From the IMG/VR virus record IMGVR_UViG_3300035042_000037, positions 1-58,598 of that record: a DNA stretch of 58,598 bases. One strand, given 5' to 3'. The position numbers were made by a program, and so were the translations under genes. How positions within the stretch are numbered: position 1 is the stretch's first letter; the number at the start of each line of letters is the position of its first letter. This document shows, piece after piece, positions 10,606 through 20,105 of the stretch. Under the pieces are notes generated by a model that saw only the letters and a program-made list of their open reading frames with translations, did no database searches and had not been told where the DNA came from. The stretch is from a virus (taxonomy: Duplodnaviria > Caudoviricetes).

Positions 10606-11001
10606 ATGAGATATTTGTCACATTTTTTACCATCTTTCTGTACGTCATTTTTGCTTGTATTTTTACTAATAGGTTGTTCTACTAATCAATTACAATTTTC
10701 GGCTAAATCATTGAAATATACTCAAGAATCAGCTGTGATTGCTGCAAGTACTATAGACGAGATGTGTACTCAAGGAATTTTAACTCAAGAACAATGTAAT
10801 GAAGCTTCAGATATTTATGAAAAAGCAAAAGAAACTTATACTTTAGCTCTAGAAACTCAGTTATCGTTTATTGAAGCAAAACAACTTGGTAATGAAGAAG
10901 AAGCAAAAGAAATTAATAACAAATATGATATTATAATGCAAAAGTTTAAACTAATTACAAGAAAATTAGTAAAAATCGTGAGAAATGCTAAGGAGAATTA
11001 A
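10606..11001 (+). CDS. Lipoprotein (possible spanin-type lysis protein)
   Basis: Hydrophobic signal ending in lipobox LLIGC, followed by a helical body. Confidence 0.55.
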   Translation: MRYLSHFLPSFCTSFLLVFLLIGCSTNQLQFSAKSLKYTQESAVIAASTIDEMCTQGILTQEQCNEASDIYEKAKETYTLALETQLSFIEAKQLGNEEEAKEINNKYDIIMQKFKLITRKLVKIVRNAKEN

Positions 11002-11190
11002 ATGGATAAAAATACAGTTGATTTAGTAATATCTTTAATTCCAGTAATTCAACAATTAGGTAAATCAATAAGTAATTCATTTGATACAGATGTAGAACAA
11101 ATGACATTATCAGAAATAAAAGAAATGTTAGAACAAACAAGAGTCGAAAATTGGCCTGAATTTGATTTTAACTCTACTAGGGAGAATTAA
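11002..11190 (+). CDS. Hypothetical protein
   Basis: 62 aa, AGGAG RBS, abutting both neighbours. Confidence 0.55.
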   Translation: MDKNTVDLVISLIPVIQQLGKSISNSFDTDVEQMTLSEIKEMLEQTRVENWPEFDFNSTREN

Positions 11191-11406
11191 ATGAAGAAAG
11201 GTATTATTCCTGCTATATTAGCAATAATTAGTACTTTAGGATTTTTAATTATATTTGGAACTTTAATTTTTGTAGATGTATCTGAAAGAAATGCAGATTA
11301 TTTCAATATGGGTTTAATTGCTTTAATTGGATTTGTAGGAACTGCTTTTGGTTTTTATATGGGTTCATCTGAAAAAGAAGATAAAGAAAACAAAAAAGAC
11401 GAATAA
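11191..11406 (+). CDS. Holin-like membrane protein
   Basis: Two TM helices, FYMGSS motif and a highly charged C-terminal tail. Confidence 0.6.
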   Translation: MKKGIIPAILAIISTLGFLIIFGTLIFVDVSERNADYFNMGLIALIGFVGTAFGFYMGSSEKEDKENKKDE

Positions 11407-11487
11407 ATACCTTAGATAAATAACAAAGGTAATTTAAAAGGTGGTAATTTTTAATCTTAAATTACTGCCTTTTTTCTTATATAGTTA

Positions 11488-12000
11488 ATGAGGAATCATA
11501 TGGAAAAAATAAACGATTTTATACAAAATTTTGGGACACAAGGGTTTAGTAGATCAAACTTATTTAACGTTCAAATAACTGCTGACTTCATAAATACTGA
11601 GCAATCAAAAATGTTAACATATGGGTGTTTAAGTTGTCAAGTTCCAGGGATTACATTTAACGAAAGTAGTTATGGGAACGAAGGATATACACAAAAATTT
11701 GTATCTAGCGCAGATTTCGATCCCGTCACATTAACATTCTATTTAGATGAAAACAATATAATAAAAGATTTATTTGATGAATGGAAAAATAAAATATTTG
11801 ATGATCAAGGTTATGGTTATAAAGATGAATATATATCTGAGATAGTGATAAATAGAATGAAAAGAGATGGAACAGAATATGATACTACAAAAATTATAGA
11901 AGCATATCCTACTAATATAGAACCTATTGATTTATCATGGGATTCTAGAGATGAGGTTTCAAGATTAGCTGTATCATTTAATTATCTCAAGATTAAATAA
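11488..12000 (+). CDS. Baseplate tail-tube initiator (gp54-like, gp19 fold)
   Basis: RSNLF.V, QVPG, FDEW and EAYPTNI.PIDLSW motifs; paralogous to 22038-22535. Confidence 0.8.
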   Translation: MRNHMEKINDFIQNFGTQGFSRSNLFNVQITADFINTEQSKMLTYGCLSCQVPGITFNESSYGNEGYTQKFVSSADFDPVTLTFYLDENNIIKDLFDEWKNKIFDDQGYGYKDEYISEIVINRMKRDGTEYDTTKIIEAYPTNIEPIDLSWDSRDEVSRLAVSFNYLKIK

Positions 12001-12029
12001 ACTTTAAAAATGAAAAGTGAGGAAATAAT

Positions 12030-12725
12030 ATGAGTACATTACCAGTTTTAGATTTACCTGAACACAAGATTAAATTACCAATCTCTGAAGAAACAGTTCA
12101 AATTAGACCATTTGTTATTAAACAAGAAAAATCATTGTTATCATCTTTAGACGATGATTTAAAAAATAATATTGAGATTTTTAAGAAATTAGTGAAAGGT
12201 TGTGTAATAGGAGAAATTGATCCTAATGAATTAAATTTAGTGGATTTCTTTTATTTAGTAATTACTATCAGAGCTAAATCTAATGGAGAAATTGTTCAAG
12301 CAAAAGTTCCTTGTGATTATTGTGAAAAGAAAAGTGAATTTGAATTCGATATCGAAAAAGCTATTAAATTAAAAAATAAAGACAATAAAACCATTAACTG
12401 TAAAATTACAGATGATTTATCTTTAAAATTAGTATTACCTAAAATTCAAGATATTAATTTTAATGATTTCGAAAATACAGAAAATGTATTAGACTTTATT
12501 GCTTCACATATAGACACTGTAATTTATCAAGAACAAATTTATAATAAATTCACTAAAGAAGAACTAATAGAAAATATTATTGGTAATTTAGCACAAAAAG
12601 ATATTAAAAAGATTTCTGAAAATATAGATAAATTAGCAAAACTTTATTTAGAAGTAGAATTTACATGTAATTCTTGTCAAAAGATAAATAAATTTGAGAC
12701 AGAAGATATTATGGATTTTTTATAA
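12030..12725 (+). CDS. Baseplate hub subunit (gp26-like)
   Basis: LP.L..P, RPF.IKQEK.LL, IRAKS.GE, two CxxC pairs; ends DFL. Confidence 0.85.
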   Translation: MSTLPVLDLPEHKIKLPISEETVQIRPFVIKQEKSLLSSLDDDLKNNIEIFKKLVKGCVIGEIDPNELNLVDFFYLVITIRAKSNGEIVQAKVPCDYCEKKSEFEFDIEKAIKLKNKDNKTINCKITDDLSLKLVLPKIQDINFNDFENTENVLDFIASHIDTVIYQEQIYNKFTKEELIENIIGNLAQKDIKKISENIDKLAKLYLEVEFTCNSCQKINKFETEDIMDFL

Positions 12726-12727
12726 GC

Positions 12728-12886
12728 GTGTATCGAAGTAAAAGTGTTGCTGATATTTATAATTTAATAGGAACAACAGTAAGGTACTCAGATTACACGC
12801 TTACAGAAATAGAAAATTTAGTACCTTACGAATTAGATATTTACACCGCTATTTTAATTCAACAAATACAGAAAGAAGAGAGTTAA
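12728..12886 (+). CDS. Baseplate hub assembly protein (gp51-like; missed by ORF track)
   Basis: GTG-started 52 aa ORF containing YTLTEIENLVPYELDIY..ILIQ; lies in the -1 frame of gp26. Confidence 0.75.
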   Translation: MYRSKSVADIYNLIGTTVRYSDYTLTEIENLVPYELDIYTAILIQQIQKEES

Positions 12887-12890
12887 TCTA

Positions 12891-14840
12891 ATGGCTAAAA
12901 TTGATAAAAAATCTATTCAAGAAATTCAATCTCATATTAAAGAAACTAATACTGGGTTGAAATCTATAAAGGAAATTTTAGCAGAACAAAAAGAACAAGA
13001 TACTTCTATGTCTAATGTAGAAGTATCAGATAAATCTTCTAAGAAAGTTGAATTAGCTCCTTCTTCTATTAAACAAATTAAACCTAAAGAAAATATTTGG
13101 CAAGAACAAAAAGAAAATGAAAAAATCCAAAAAGAAGAGAAACAAGTTAGTTTATTAGAAGATATTAAAGGTGGAACTTTAAAAATGGTAGATAGCCTTA
13201 AAGATATGGCTGATAAAATGAAAAATACTCTTCTTGGTGGATTAGGAATAGCAGCTGGATTAATTCTTGCTCCTATTGTTGGTTTAGCTGGATTTCTTGA
13301 AGGTCTAAAGGATGGAGTAAAACTACTAAATAAAATTACTGGAAAAGGATTAGAAAAAATAGTTAAACCATTCATTTCCTTTTTCAGAAATATTAAAATG
13401 TTTTTCTCCAAATTTAGAGAAATTAAAATAATTAAGACTATAGTACCATATATCGATGAAGCAGTAAAATTAGTAAAGAGTATTATTAAACCTGTAATTA
13501 ATACTTTTAAAGCTATAATCAATTTTGGTAAAACAATTCTTTCTCCTATTACTAATGCTTTCAAAGCTATTTCAGGAATGTTAAGAACTTCTGAAGCATT
13601 CATGGGACCATTAAGATCAATATTATCATTTGCTAAAGGTTTTGGTCGAGTTTTAGGTAAAATATTTTTACCGATAACAATAGCTATATCAGCATTCGAT
13701 TTTATTACAGGATTCGTAAAAGGATTTAAAGAAGATGGATTAGTAGCTGGTTTAAAGAGTGGTTTTACTAAAATGATTGATGGTTTATTCTTTGCACCAT
13801 TAAGAGCTATAGATGGTTTAATTAATTGGGTTGGAAGTGTTTTTGGCATAGACAAAATAACTAAACCAATTAAAGATGCTTTTGGTTTCTTATGGAGTAC
13901 TATTAAAACTATTTTTAGTAACTTATTTAATTTTGAATTTCCTGATATTGTAGGGTTTGTTAAAAGTTCTATTTCTAATTTATGGATTAAGATCAAATCA
14001 TTATTTAGTTTTGATTTCGAATTACCTAAATTTAATATATTAGGATTCATAAAAGAAAAAGGAACACTTTTACTAAACAAGATTAAATCATTATTTAGTT
14101 TTGATTTTGAAATGCCAACGTTAAATTTATATCAATTAGCATATGATGTAGGTTCTGGTATATTTAATAAAATATTAAAAATATTTGATTTTAATTTTGA
14201 ATTACCTAAAATAGATTTAATGAGTTGGCTAAAAGATTTAGCTACTGGAGCATTTGATAAATTAAAATCATTGTTTGGTTTTGATGGAGATAAAAAAGAT
14301 ATAGAAGGTAAATTAAACAGAGATAGTTTATCTGATAAAGGTTATTTAGATAAAAATTTATTAACTAAAGATAAAGTAGAAGTTAAAAAATTAAAGCAAG
14401 ATTATAAATCAGGTAAAATTTCTAAAGTTGAATATAAAGAAATAGTCACTGCTTTAGATGAACAAGGATTTCTAAATCAAAAACAAAGAAAAGAATTAGC
14501 TAATACTAAAAGAGTAGAAACTAATAGTTCATTAGTAACCAAAAGTTCTGACAGAATATATAACACTGATAGTTATTTTAACGCTCAAACTACTCAAACT
14601 GATTTTATAACTAGACAACCAAAACAAAAACCTGAAATTGTACAAGATAAAAAAATGTCTAGAACAAGTAATAATATTCAAGCAAATACATTAAGAAATA
14701 AAAGACAAGAAAAACAAAGAGAACAACAAGTAAATAACAACACAGCAATTAATACTGCAAACAATTATTTACAATCTCCAGATATGAGAACTAATACTGA
14801 CGATTCTTCCTTAAATCAAAAAGTACAAGTGGGAATATAA
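12891..14840 (+). CDS. Tape measure protein
   Basis: Long amphipathic helical protein with TM-like segments and 30-aa repeats, following the hub genes. Confidence 0.7.
   Translation: MAKIDKKSIQEIQSHIKETNTGLKSIKEILAEQKEQDTSMSNVEVSDKSSKKVELAPSSIKQIKPKENIWQEQKENEKIQKEEKQVSLLEDIKGGTLKMVDSLKDMADKMKNTLLGGLGIAAGLILAPIVGLAGFLEGLKDGVKLLNKITGKGLEKIVKPFISFFRNIKMFFSKFREIKIIKTIVPYIDEAVKLVKSIIKPVINTFKAIINFGKTILSPITNAFKAISGMLRTSEAFMGPLRSILSFAKGFGRVLGKIFLPITIAISAFDFITGFVKGFKEDGLVAGLKSGFTKMIDGLFFAPLRAIDGLINWVGSVFGIDKITKPIKDAFGFLWSTIKTIFSNLFNFEFPDIVGFVKSSISNLWIKIKSLFSFDFELPKFNILGFIKEKGTLLLNKIKSLFSFDFEMPTLNLYQLAYDVGSGIFNKILKIFDFNFELPKIDLMSWLKDLATGAFDKLKSLFGFDGDKKDIEGKLNRDSLSDKGYLDKNLLTKDKVEVKKLKQDYKSGKISKVEYKEIVTALDEQGFLNQKQRKELANTKRVETNSSLVTKSSDRIYNTDSYFNAQTTQTDFITRQPKQKPEIVQDKKMSRTSNNIQANTLRNKRQEKQREQQVNNNTAINTANNYLQSPDMRTNTDDSSLNQKVQVGI
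13989..14285 (+). repeat. 90-bp (30 aa) tandem repeats in the tape measure gene
   Basis: KIKSLFSFDFELPK / KIKSLFSFDFEMPT / KILKIFDFNFELPK / KLKSLFGFD at 30-aa spacing. Confidence 0.8.
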
Positions 14841-14844
14841 AAAA

Positions 14845-15543
14845 ATGACTATAGAAGAATTAAGAACAAGAATAAAACAAAGATTAGGTGAACCTGTAAT
14901 TAATGTAGAATTAGCCACTGAACAAATGGATATCTATATTGAAGATACAGTAGATAAATTTATTGAAGTTCATTATGACGGACTTGATACAGGTTATATA
15001 TTTTTAGAAACTATTAAAGATCAACAAGAATATATATTAGACGATAAAGTACATTCAGTATTAAATGTATATGGAAGTAATAGTTCTAAATTAAATGATG
15101 AAGCTTTATTAATAAATCCATATACTGTAGGTGATGTTAATACATTTAGTACTGATATATTAGATTTAACTTTATTTAGACAATCTATTTCTATGTACGA
15201 AGATTTTATGTCTGACGAAAAAATGTTCGAATATAATTCTAGTACTAATAAGTTATTTATATTAGAAACTCCAGAAAAGATAGAGAAATTAGCTTTAAAA
15301 ATCCATAGATCACCAGAATCAATTGAAAAGGTATATGAAAATTCTTGGGTACAAAAATATATAGCTGCTTTATGCAAAATAGCATGGGGTCAAAATATAG
15401 GTAAATTCGCTGGTGGTACTTTACCTGGTGGAGTTGCTTTAGATTATAATAGAATTATTCAAGAAGGTAAAGAAGAAAAACAAGAATTAGAAGAAGAATT
15501 ATATTCTCGCTACTCTGAACCTTACGATTTTTTTACAGCATAA
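14845..15543 (+). CDS. Neck protein gp13
   Basis: RLGEPVINVEL..EQ, HYDG, W...Y..AL.K..WGQN..KF...LPGGV motifs. Confidence 0.9.
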   Translation: MTIEELRTRIKQRLGEPVINVELATEQMDIYIEDTVDKFIEVHYDGLDTGYIFLETIKDQQEYILDDKVHSVLNVYGSNSSKLNDEALLINPYTVGDVNTFSTDILDLTLFRQSISMYEDFMSDEKMFEYNSSTNKLFILETPEKIEKLALKIHRSPESIEKVYENSWVQKYIAALCKIAWGQNIGKFAGGTLPGGVALDYNRIIQEGKEEKQELEEELYSRYSEPYDFFTA

Positions 15544-15575
15544 TTTGTTTAATAGGATATTTAATAGGATATTTT

Positions 15576-16178
15576 ATGAGTTATTTTAATTTCTTTCAAC
15601 CAGAATCATCAAATGAGTGGAATGTTACTAATGATGCAACACACGAATTTGTAGAAATGTATGGCGTTCCTCTTATATATTTACCTAGAACTTCAGTTAA
15701 AGAAGATTCATTATTAGGTGAAGATACTTTATCGTCTTATGATGAATCTTTTGAAATAAAAATGATTCCTGAAAACTATGAAGTATTTAGTGGTCAAGGC
15801 GATTTATTCAGTAAATTAGGATTAGAAATTGATGATACTATTAAATTATCAGTTCAACAAGATTATATTGAAAATTTATTAGGCGAAAAACCTGAAGAAG
15901 GAGATCTAATTCAATTTACATTTAATAAAGATTTATTTGAAGTTACTTTTATAGAAGATGAACAACCATTCTATCTACATGGAAAGCAAACAGTATATCA
16001 GATATCTGTAAAGAGATTTGATTATTCTGGTGAACAATTTAGTGATGTAGTAACAACAGAATTTCCTGAAATAGGTACATTAGAAGGTGAAACTGAAAGT
16101 TCAGTGGATGATTCATTACAAGATTTTCAGGAAACTCTAGAGTTCGATGAGAGCAATCCTTTTGGAGATAGTTGGTAA
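15576..16178 (+). CDS. Neck/head-closure protein gp14
   Basis: MYG....YLPR, LGED..S, FSKLGLEI.D, P.EGDLI, PFY.HGK and FDESNPFG motifs. Confidence 0.9.
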   Translation: MSYFNFFQPESSNEWNVTNDATHEFVEMYGVPLIYLPRTSVKEDSLLGEDTLSSYDESFEIKMIPENYEVFSGQGDLFSKLGLEIDDTIKLSVQQDYIENLLGEKPEEGDLIQFTFNKDLFEVTFIEDEQPFYLHGKQTVYQISVKRFDYSGEQFSDVVTTEFPEIGTLEGETESSVDDSLQDFQETLEFDESNPFGDSW

Positions 16179-16180
16179 TT

Positions 16181-17728
16181 ATGTCAGAACAAAAAATTTA
16201 TCAAGGCAATCCTAATCTATTAAAAAGCGGAAGCGAATATGAATACGAGCCTTGGCAAATACAAGAAATAATTAAATGTCGTGAAGACCCAATTTATTTC
16301 ATTAAAAATTATATCTATATAATTAATCTTGATGACGGCAAAGTTAAATTTAATTTATATCCGTTTCAAGAAAGATTAATAGATACTATACATAATAATA
16401 AAAGAATACTAGGAAAAATAGGTCGACAATCTGGTAAAACTGCAACAGTTAGTGCTTGGTTATGTCATTTTACTATATTTAATGCAAACAAAACTTCAGC
16501 AATATTAGCTAATAAAGAAGCAACAGCAAGAGAAATTCTATCCAGAATAAAAATGATGATAGAAAATTTGCCAGATTTTCTAAAAATTGGGATTGAAGAA
16601 TGGAATAAAAGTTCTATAGTTTGTGAAAATGGTTCCAGAATATTAGCTTCATCTACAAGTTCAAGTGCAATAAGGGGTTATTCGATAGCTAATCTTTTCT
16701 TAGATGAATTTGCGTTTATTTCTCCTGGAATATTTGAAGATTTCTTTCAATCTGTTTATCCTACAGTTTCTTCATCTAATACTGCTAGGATAATAATGAT
16801 ATCAACTCCTTATGGGATGAATCATTTTTACAAATTTTGGGTAGATGCAGAAAAAGGTAGAAGTAGTTTTATTCCATTTGAAGCTTCTTACGATGAAGTT
16901 CCTGGTAGAGATGAAGAATGGTTACAACAACAAATTGACGATATTGGTATACAACGAGTAAGTCAAGAATATTTATGTGATTTTCTGGGGTCTTCTAATA
17001 CATTAATAGATGGTAAAAAATTAAAAAATTTAGTATATCAAGATCCTGTTCAAACTCAAATGAAAGAAAGTTTTAGGATATATGAAAAACCAGATAAAGA
17101 AAAACAATATGTTCTAATATGCGATGTTGCTGAAGGTGTTGGTGGAAATGGTGATTATAGCACAATTCAAATTATAGATGTTTCAGAAATACCCTATAAT
17201 CAAGTAGCAACTTATGAAGATAATACTATTAAACCAAATGTATTTTCTACTGTAATTAATACAATAGGATTAACTTATAATAATGCTTTAGTAATAGTAG
17301 AAAATAATACTATAGGCATGGAAGTTTTAAATAATCTTAACTATAACGAAGAATATCCAGAAATATTATTTCATAATAAGAAATTCGGTTTAAGAATGAC
17401 TAAAGGTAGTAAAAATATTGGTTGTTCTCATTTAAAGAATTTTATTGAATCGGATAAATTAATAATTAACGACTTTAATACTATACAGCAATTTACATAT
17501 TTTGAAAGAAAGAAAAATGGAACTTATTCTGCTGAAGATAGAAAACATGATGATTTAATTACACCTTTAATTCATTTTTGTTTTTTCATGACTCAAGAAA
17601 ATTTAGTAGATATGTGGTTAGATCAAGAAAATGTAATGAATAAATTATATAGCAAAACTTACGAAGAAATAGAAGAAGATCTTTTACCTATTGGTTTTCT
17701 TCCAGATAACTATTATGATGATTTTTAA
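16181..17728 (+). CDS. Terminase large subunit gp17
   Basis: YQGNPNL, Walker A GRQSGKT, Walker B LFLDEFAF, STPYGMNHFY, DVAEG.G..DYS and HDDL. Confidence 0.97.
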   Translation: MSEQKIYQGNPNLLKSGSEYEYEPWQIQEIIKCREDPIYFIKNYIYIINLDDGKVKFNLYPFQERLIDTIHNNKRILGKIGRQSGKTATVSAWLCHFTIFNANKTSAILANKEATAREILSRIKMMIENLPDFLKIGIEEWNKSSIVCENGSRILASSTSSSAIRGYSIANLFLDEFAFISPGIFEDFFQSVYPTVSSSNTARIIMISTPYGMNHFYKFWVDAEKGRSSFIPFEASYDEVPGRDEEWLQQQIDDIGIQRVSQEYLCDFLGSSNTLIDGKKLKNLVYQDPVQTQMKESFRIYEKPDKEKQYVLICDVAEGVGGNGDYSTIQIIDVSEIPYNQVATYEDNTIKPNVFSTVINTIGLTYNNALVIVENNTIGMEVLNNLNYNEEYPEILFHNKKFGLRMTKGSKNIGCSHLKNFIESDKLIINDFNTIQQFTYFERKKNGTYSAEDRKHDDLITPLIHFCFFMTQENLVDMWLDQENVMNKLYSKTYEEIEEDLLPIGFLPDNYYDDF

Positions 17729-17731
17729 AGA

Positions 17732-17760
17732 GATAAATACAAGTAGTGAAGAGATAAATA
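17732..17760 (+). promoter_or_regulatory. Two putative late promoters (GATAAATA)
   Basis: GATAAATA at 17732-39 and 17753-60 upstream of the sheath gene. The same 8-mer lies before gp54 (11415) and, on the - strand, before the capsid paralogue (35600-07). Resembles T4 TATAAATA. Confidence 0.5.
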
Positions 17761-17830
17761 TTAATTGAATATTATGAATAAAAATAATTTAACAGAATAA
17801 ACAAGTTAACACATTTAAGGAGAAATACAT

Positions 17831-19699
17831 ATGGCTTTCAGTCTATCACCTGCGGTCTCTATCCGCGAGATTGATCTTAGTACTATTGTTCCAGCTGTCG
17901 CTACATCAATTACAGCTGTAGCTGGTGCATATCAAAAAGGTCCATGTTTCGAAAAGAAACTAGTAACTAACGAAGATGAACTAAAACAAATTTTTGGACT
18001 TCCTACAGATAACACTGCTGATCACTGGTTTTCAGCATCTAACTTTCTAGCATATAGTAATACACTTTATGTTTGCCGTGCTGTAGATTCAGAAACAGCT
18101 ATCAACTCTGGAGTATTAGTAGAAGACTCTACAGGTACTAACGGTACTCTAGGTTTAGGAACTTATATCCCTAATGATGATGCAGTTGATACTTACACTG
18201 CTTCTTTTAGTGATTATGTAGAACTTACTCTAGGTACAGATGAAGCAGGAACTTTTAAAATTGGAGAAACTGTAACTGGTGGTACTTCTAGCGCAACCGG
18301 TGATGTAGTTAGTATTGATACTACAGCAGAAGTTATTACAGTTCAAGTAGATTCAGGAACTTTTGGATCTGAAACTATTACTGGTGATGTTGCCGGTTCT
18401 GGTACTGCTACAGCAGTTAATCTTTCAGAAACTGCTCAACTTCAAGTTTATGCAAAATATCCAGGATCTTATGGTGATAATCTACAAATCGCTATTGCTA
18501 ATGCAACAGATTTCGATACTGCTGAAATTACAGCTGGTGTAAATTTTGTAGATTATTTTGAATATGCTCCTGCTGAATTAGGAACTGATTATTTTGCAGT
18601 AGTTGTTCTTGATGAAGACGAACAAATTCTAGAAACATTTCTAGTTTCTTCTGATCCAACAGCAAAGAAATTTGACGGAACTTCAGAATATGTAGAAACA
18701 CTAATTAATCGTACTAGTAATTATATTACTGTTTTCTTTGATAGTTCTAATACTAATGAAATTTCTAGTATTACTGCTACTTCACTAGTAAATGGTAATG
18801 ATGGTTTGCCTACTACTGGAGATATTCAACTAGCTTATGACGAATTCGATAACGCAGAAGAATTTGATGTTAATCTAATTATTGATGGTGGTAACGTAGA
18901 TGCTACAATTCAAAAATACATTATTGCTATGTGTGAATCTCGTATGGATTGTATGGCAATTTTAGGTGTTCCACGTTCTGAAGTTGTTGGTATTCCAGCC
19001 GGTACTGCTACTACAAATTGTGCTACATATAAGAAAGATACTCTAGATAGTGCTAGTTCTTATGGTGCAATTTATGGTAACTTCAAATATCAATATGATA
19101 AATTTAATGATGTTTATCGTTGGGTTCCAATTTCTGGCGATGTTGCTGGTATCTATGCTAGAACAGATGATCAAAGAGATCCATGGTTTGCCCCAGCCGG
19201 TCTAAATAGAGGTCAAATTAAAAATGTTGTTAAACTAGCATTTAATCCTAACAGAGCACAACGTGATACTCTTTATAAATCACAAGTTAATCCTATCGTT
19301 AGTTTAGCAAGTGATGGACCTGTAGTATTTGGTCAGAAAACACTACAAGCTAAACCTTCAGCATTTGATAGAGTTAACGTTCGTAGATTGTTTATTATTA
19401 TTGAAAAAGCTATTGCTACTAGTTCAAAATACTTCTTATTTGAGCAGAACAATGCTTATACTCGTAGACAATTAGTTGGTATGATTGAACCTTATCTAAG
19501 AAATGTTCAAGGTAGACAAGGGATTACAGACTTCTTCGTTCAATGTGATGAAACGAATAATACGCCACAAGTTATTGATAGTAATCAACTTGTTTGCAGC
19601 ATTTTTGTGGCTCCGACTAGAGCAACAGAATATCTTCAATTAAATTTTATCGCATCTAGAACTGGAGTAGAATTCTCAGAAATTGTGGGTTCAGTGTAA
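17831..19699 (+). CDS. Tail sheath protein gp18
   Basis: SPAVSIREIDLS, PWFAPAGLNRG, FGQKTLQ.KPSAFDRVNVRRLF and CDETNNTP motifs. Confidence 0.97.
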   Translation: MAFSLSPAVSIREIDLSTIVPAVATSITAVAGAYQKGPCFEKKLVTNEDELKQIFGLPTDNTADHWFSASNFLAYSNTLYVCRAVDSETAINSGVLVEDSTGTNGTLGLGTYIPNDDAVDTYTASFSDYVELTLGTDEAGTFKIGETVTGGTSSATGDVVSIDTTAEVITVQVDSGTFGSETITGDVAGSGTATAVNLSETAQLQVYAKYPGSYGDNLQIAIANATDFDTAEITAGVNFVDYFEYAPAELGTDYFAVVVLDEDEQILETFLVSSDPTAKKFDGTSEYVETLINRTSNYITVFFDSSNTNEISSITATSLVNGNDGLPTTGDIQLAYDEFDNAEEFDVNLIIDGGNVDATIQKYIIAMCESRMDCMAILGVPRSEVVGIPAGTATTNCATYKKDTLDSASSYGAIYGNFKYQYDKFNDVYRWVPISGDVAGIYARTDDQRDPWFAPAGLNRGQIKNVVKLAFNPNRAQRDTLYKSQVNPIVSLASDGPVVFGQKTLQAKPSAFDRVNVRRLFIIIEKAIATSSKYFLFEQNNAYTRRQLVGMIEPYLRNVQGRQGITDFFVQCDETNNTPQVIDSNQLVCSIFVAPTRATEYLQLNFIASRTGVEFSEIVGSV

Positions 19700-19729
19700 T
19701 TTTATAATTAATTAAAATGGTAATACGAT

Positions 19730-19815
19730 AATTAATAGTGGGACAGCTACTGATCATAGTTGATATTGCCTCCACAATATCTAACCACTATTAATTTTAA
19801 ATAAACGTATGGAGG
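19730..19815 (+). promoter_or_regulatory. Three-way-junction RNA leader with an anti-Shine-Dalgarno loop
   Basis: 12-bp P1 (19730-41/19785-96), P2 CAGCTA/TAGTTG, P3 ATATTG/CAATAT. The P3 loop CCTCCA is complementary to TGGAGG at 19810-15. Confidence 0.6.
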
Positions 19816-19822
19816 TACTAAA

Positions 19823-20090
19823 GTAACCTACCACTGGGCAAGCCCCGTGGCTTTTGAGAGAAAGCCGCAGGTTACCAGCTCAACAACGGAGTAAAAATGT
19901 TGTTAAACCTTACCAAAGAAATTAGTTACGTTGGGGTGTCGCCTCAGCTCCAACCTCTAAGGCAATATATTAAACAGTTCTGTGTGGTCGGAACAGTGTG
20001 TATTGCGTCAAACCTTTGGATAAGCGAGCGAGAGGAAGCCGGATTTTCCAAGTACTCCGAGCTTGGAAATACGCATAATCCTAATACACA
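19823..20090 (+). ncRNA. omegaRNA (HEARO-type) scaffold of IscB
   Basis: About 270 nt of hairpin-rich non-coding sequence directly upstream of iscB, starting GTAACCTACC. Contains GTTGGGG...CTCCAAC, GTTCTG...CGGAAC and TTTCCAAG...CTTGGAAA stems. 3' boundary approximate. Confidence 0.75.
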
Positions 20091-20105
20091 AGGAGGTCTA
20101 AAGCC

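Noticed and set aside
12932-14080. 382 aa antisense ORF
   Set aside because: Shadow of the tape measure gene; no RBS or recognisable motifs.
16181-19699. Introns or inteins in terminase or sheath
   Set aside because: Both ORFs are continuous and of normal length, with no intein or homing endonuclease motifs.
19730-19796. tRNA gene
   Set aside because: Only two inner arms, no TTC loop or CCA end. No tRNA was recognised anywhere in the window.
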